DNA of 64,000 nucleotides from an uncultured Planctomycetales bacterium (GTDB lineage: Bacteria; Omnitrophota; Gorgyraeia; Gygaellales; Profunditerraquicolaceae), in assembly GCA_964354795.1 (NCBI GenBank), contig CAYHBB010000003.1:5887-69886 (forward strand), written 5' to 3'. A program made the translations under genes and the position numbers. Below the pieces are notes generated by a model that saw nothing but the letters and a program-made list of their open reading frames with translations, was not told where the DNA came from and ran no database searches. This document shows positions 61,107 through 64,000 of this stretch, in pieces (the first letter of the stretch is position 1; the number at the start of each line of letters is the position of its first letter).

Positions 61107-61174
61107 CCGGCCTTAGCCCCTTCCTTAAAAGGTATAGGAAGGGCTACCCCTGTGGGGTTAATAGGTAAGGCCGG
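61107..61174 (+). repeat. Structured intergenic element, copy A
   Basis: CCGGCCTTA/TAAGGCCGG enclosing CCCTTCC..GGAAGGG and ACCCC-TGT-GGGGT hairpins. Confidence 0.6.
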
Positions 61175-61248
61175 TAATCCGTCTAAGAAAGGACGCACCC
61201 GCGCATCCTATAAAGCGGGGTGCAGCTTTCTGCGCAAGGAGGTGTCAA

Positions 61249-61659
61249 ATGGTTAAGAAGGTAATCATCATATGTTTATTGATCCTGCCATTGGCGTTAT
61301 TGCTGGGTATGGGTCGCAGCGTGGTGCGGGCGCAAGGCGATGAGCCGGCGTTTAGCATCGACACTCTGGAGATGGACTACGCCAATTCTCCTGTTAACAA
61401 GTTCGGCCGCGGGGTGATCAATACCGCTACCTGCTGGGCGGAAGTGCCGGCAGAAATAGCCCGCGTATCTAAGGACAGGGACCCCGCTTTAGGATGGACC
61501 CTTGGCTTGGCTCAAGGTACGATCAATGCTATTATACGCGGAGCGGTCGGAATATTCGACACTCTGACTTGTGTAGTGCCGCCGTATAATAAGCCTGAGA
61601 TGCAGCCGGAATACGCGCTCTCAAGCGCTGACGAAGCTTTTAAAGCATATCTCTGGTAA
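61249..61659 (+). CDS. Exosortase-system-associated protein (TIGR04073-like)
   Basis: Signal peptide; KFGRGVINTATCWAEVP..G..R...G..D..T..P..MQPEY pattern. Confidence 0.7.
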   Translation: MVKKVIIICLLILPLALLLGMGRSVVRAQGDEPAFSIDTLEMDYANSPVNKFGRGVINTATCWAEVPAEIARVSKDRDPALGWTLGLAQGTINAIIRGAVGIFDTLTCVVPPYNKPEMQPEYALSSADEAFKAYLW

Positions 61660-61672
61660 TTCCTCTCATAAT

Positions 61673-61710
61673 AAAGGGCGCCTTGATTATTTTCTTTCAA
61701 GGTGCCCTTT
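61673..61710 (+). terminator. Hairpin, probable terminator
   Basis: AAAGGGCGCCTTGA/TCAAGGTGCCCTTT just after the stop at 61659. Confidence 0.6.
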
Positions 61711-61747
61711 GCCTATCCTAAGACAAATAAAAACTTAAAATATTTTC

Positions 61748-61776
61748 GTTAGATTTAGCCTCCTGATACGTCTATT
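61748..61776 (+). promoter_or_regulatory. Candidate ECF-type promoter, copy 2
   Basis: GTTAGATTTAG-N8-TACGTCTATT. Confidence 0.65.
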
Positions 61777-61786
61777 GTAGTGAGGA

Positions 61787-61869
61787 CATAAGGCCCTTCC
61801 TTTATCGGTTGGGAAGGCCTACCCCCGTGGGGTAACTTATGGAGCCCTATGAATGGGCGACATAAGTTA
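61787..61869 (+). repeat. Structured intergenic element, copy B, with alternative pairing
   Basis: CATAAG/CTTATG enclosing the same two hairpins as copy A; TAACTTATG can instead pair with CATAAGTTA at 61861. Confidence 0.6.
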
Positions 61870-61949
61870 TCTGTCCGAACTATCCAGCCGAAGGCTGGAA
61901 GTGAGGGCATGATCAATTTGTTGGGCTATTTAAAAAAAGGAGGGCACAA

Positions 61950-63533
61950 ATGAAAGGATTTCTGCTGATGATCGGCGTCTTAGGCTTAACCGTGAATGTA
62001 AATGCTGAAGCGGTGACTTGGGAGAGTGTCGGAGGAAGGATGACTGAAGTACGGGCAGTAATCCAGCAGCCAAACAGTTTTGAGGTATTGTTTGCAGGCT
62101 CCGCAAGCGGGTTGTATAAAAGCACAGATGCGGGAAAAAGTTGGGATGCGGTTGTAGCTGTTAACGGCCAGTGCCACGGAGTCAATTACCTGCAATTTGG
62201 CGCGCAGGATCCGGATCTGCTGTATGTTGCCTGCGGAAACGGGCTTTACTTTAGCCGTAACCGCGGCAAAGACTGGAAGCGGATATTCAAAGGAAAGAAT
62301 ACTTTTGAAAATAACTGTCTTTCTTTAGCTGTCCTGCCGGATGCGCTGTATCTTGGCACTGAAGCAGGGCTGTTTGTAAGTAAGGATAAGGCTAGGACAT
62401 GGCGCAAGGCCCAGGGAAAATTGGGAAATGGCAGTGTCTTGGCTATTGCCTGGGATACAAGGGATGCGGATTCTATCTATGTGGCGAGTGTTGAGGGAAT
62501 ATTCAAAGGAAGAATAAAATCCGATTATTGGGAGACGATTTTGACTGCAAGCCCTACGGAAAACGGGATTGACACAGAAGAGGCAATGGAAGAGGGTGAT
62601 GCGCAAAGGCAATATTCCAGGATCCGCTACGTCTGTGTCGACCCCAACCGCCTGAATCATCTTTATGCGGCGACTTCAAGCGGCATGTATCAGAGCCGGG
62701 ATAGAGGCAAGAGCTGGGAGAGCCTCACTGGATACGGGCTACTTAGTCAGGATGTCCGGTTCATTATGGTATTTGTCAGCTGCGGGCTTTATGCCGCCGC
62801 AAAAGGAGATGTATACGCTTACCGAGATGAGCGCTGGGAAGAGTCATCTTTAGGCCTTACGGCTAATGTGGTGTATTCTTTGATGCAGGATAATGCCGGC
62901 CGTCTTTATGCGGCCTGTGATAACGGGCTATTCAGGACGTCTTCACAGCAGCTCACCTTAAAGGCCGGCCAGATTTTGTCTTCGGCCTATTCCAAAGACG
63001 AGCCGGATATACGAGCGGTGCAGCAAAAAGCTATTGAGTACGCCGAAGTCGAGCCGGAGAAAATCGAGCGCTGGAGGAGTCAGGCGGCAAAAAAGGCGAT
63101 TCTGCCGAGGCTTAGCGTAAGCCTGGATCATGATGATAACCATACTATTTCGGATTCCGTATGGGGCACTTACGGAACAGCGACCACTCCGGGCAAATAT
63201 TACATCGGTCCGGATGACGAGACTAAATACAACAACAGCGGATGGAGCGTGTCTTTGAGCTGGGAGCTGGGTGATCTGATCTGGAGCGAAGCGCAAACTT
63301 CTATTGATACCCGCTCCCGATTGATGGTGCAGCTGCGCGGCGATATCCTTGATGAAGTGACTAAGCTGTATTTTGAGAGGCTCAGGGTCAAGCTTGAACT
63401 GGACAATATTTCAATTGAGGAAAGAAAAAAGCGCCTTGAGAAAGAGCTGCGCCTGGAAGAGCTGACTGCCTCCTTAGATTATTTTACGGGGGGTTATTTT
63501 TCGCAGGCTATACCCAATAAAAGATGTGGCTAA
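61950..63533 (+). CDS. Secreted BNR/Ycf48-like beta-propeller protein with TolC/OEP-like C-terminal segment
   Basis: Signal peptide; Asp-boxes STDAGKSW, SRNRGKDW, SKDKARTW, SRDRGKSW; LPRLSV..VSLSWEL..EVTKLYF; terminal GGYF. Confidence 0.7.
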   Translation: MKGFLLMIGVLGLTVNVNAEAVTWESVGGRMTEVRAVIQQPNSFEVLFAGSASGLYKSTDAGKSWDAVVAVNGQCHGVNYLQFGAQDPDLLYVACGNGLYFSRNRGKDWKRIFKGKNTFENNCLSLAVLPDALYLGTEAGLFVSKDKARTWRKAQGKLGNGSVLAIAWDTRDADSIYVASVEGIFKGRIKSDYWETILTASPTENGIDTEEAMEEGDAQRQYSRIRYVCVDPNRLNHLYAATSSGMYQSRDRGKSWESLTGYGLLSQDVRFIMVFVSCGLYAAAKGDVYAYRDERWEESSLGLTANVVYSLMQDNAGRLYAACDNGLFRTSSQQLTLKAGQILSSAYSKDEPDIRAVQQKAIEYAEVEPEKIERWRSQAAKKAILPRLSVSLDHDDNHTISDSVWGTYGTATTPGKYYIGPDDETKYNNSGWSVSLSWELGDLIWSEAQTSIDTRSRLMVQLRGDILDEVTKLYFERLRVKLELDNISIEERKKRLEKELRLEELTASLDYFTGGYFSQAIPNKRCG

Positions 63534-63572
63534 TACTACTGCTATTACCTAATAAATTTGTGTAGAAAACTG

Positions 63573-63600
63573 TTTACAAATCTGAATTTTTTATTATAAT
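63573..63600 (+). promoter_or_regulatory. Sigma70 promoter
   Basis: TTTACA-N16-TATAAT, AAGGAGG RBS downstream. Confidence 0.55.
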
Positions 63601-63619
63601 AAAGCCGTAAGGAGGGATT

Positions 63620-63832
63620 ATGGCAGAATTTATTTGCCCTAATTGCAGAGGTTCTGATATTGAAACGATCAAGGCAGGCAGGTATACCGGCTTTGGTTGT
63701 TTTCTACTGCTGTTGGGGATACCACTCCTTCTTTTAAACGGGCTCGGCATAGTTTTTATTGCTGCCGGGCTTTTTTTAGGCTGCATCACCCAGTCCGTAT
63801 ACCGTTGCCGCAGATGTAAATCCGAAGTGTAA
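63620..63832 (+). CDS. Small LITAF-like zinc-ribbon membrane protein
   Basis: CPNC - hydrophobic hairpin - CRRC; strong RBS. Confidence 0.7.
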   Translation: MAEFICPNCRGSDIETIKAGRYTGFGCFLLLLGIPLLLLNGLGIVFIAAGLFLGCITQSVYRCRRCKSEV

Positions 63833-63940
63833 CCAGCCCGCTAAAAGCTTGCCTAAAATTACTTGCATTTGTTAGACGTTTATGATAATTTATAGCGTCG
63901 CCTTCCGATAATCTAACCCATTAACAAGACGAGGACAACA

Positions 63941-64000
63941 ATGAGTTTGCTGCATTTCACAGACGGTAATTTTAAAAAGGATGTTTTGGAGTCAAATATT
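63941..64000 (+). CDS. trxA: Thioredoxin, N-terminal fragment
   Basis: GAGGA RBS; MSLLHFTDGNFKKDVLESNI matches the Trx N-terminus; WCxxC lies beyond the window. Confidence 0.65.
   Translation, partial: MSLLHFTDGNFKKDVLESNI

Noticed and set aside
1-64000. tRNA, rRNA, transposase, integrase or CRISPR array
   Set aside because: None recognised by eye; tRNAscan-SE, ISEScan and CRISPR finders would be needed to exclude them formally.

Overview
Bacterial, mostly + strand window, probably from a PVC/Omnitrophota-like anaerobe (inferred from gene content only). About 1-57 kb is a large, AT-rich surface-glycan biosynthesis and modification locus. It holds a Wzt-type ABC ATPase with a repetitive C-terminus, many GT2/GT4/GT-C glycosyltransferases, an O-antigen ligase, an AsnB amidotransferase, methyltransferases, a RuBisCO-like protein cassette and 10 radical SAM genes (11 domains, 5 with B12-binding domains). 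Inside it is an apparently self-contained RiPP-like operon: own sigma70 promoter, PqqD/RRE, an unannotated 38-aa precursor MEEKRKWENPEVELISIDMDQIFTVGFSGGCCGCCCCC (53556-53672), and a radical SAM/SPASM enzyme. Possible accessory genes (S24/S26 peptidase-GNAT, HprK-like kinase, NTP_transf_5 nucleotidyltransferase, ABC-2 exporter) are dispersed among the glycan genes. About 57-64 kb is more GC-rich and regulatory: ECF sigma, zinc anti-sigma, membrane CHAT-TPR protease, a twice-repeated candidate ECF promoter, an expanded c-di-GMP-I-like riboswitch with terminator, repeated structured intergenic elements, and the start of a thioredoxin. All family calls come from motif recognition by eye; no searches were run.
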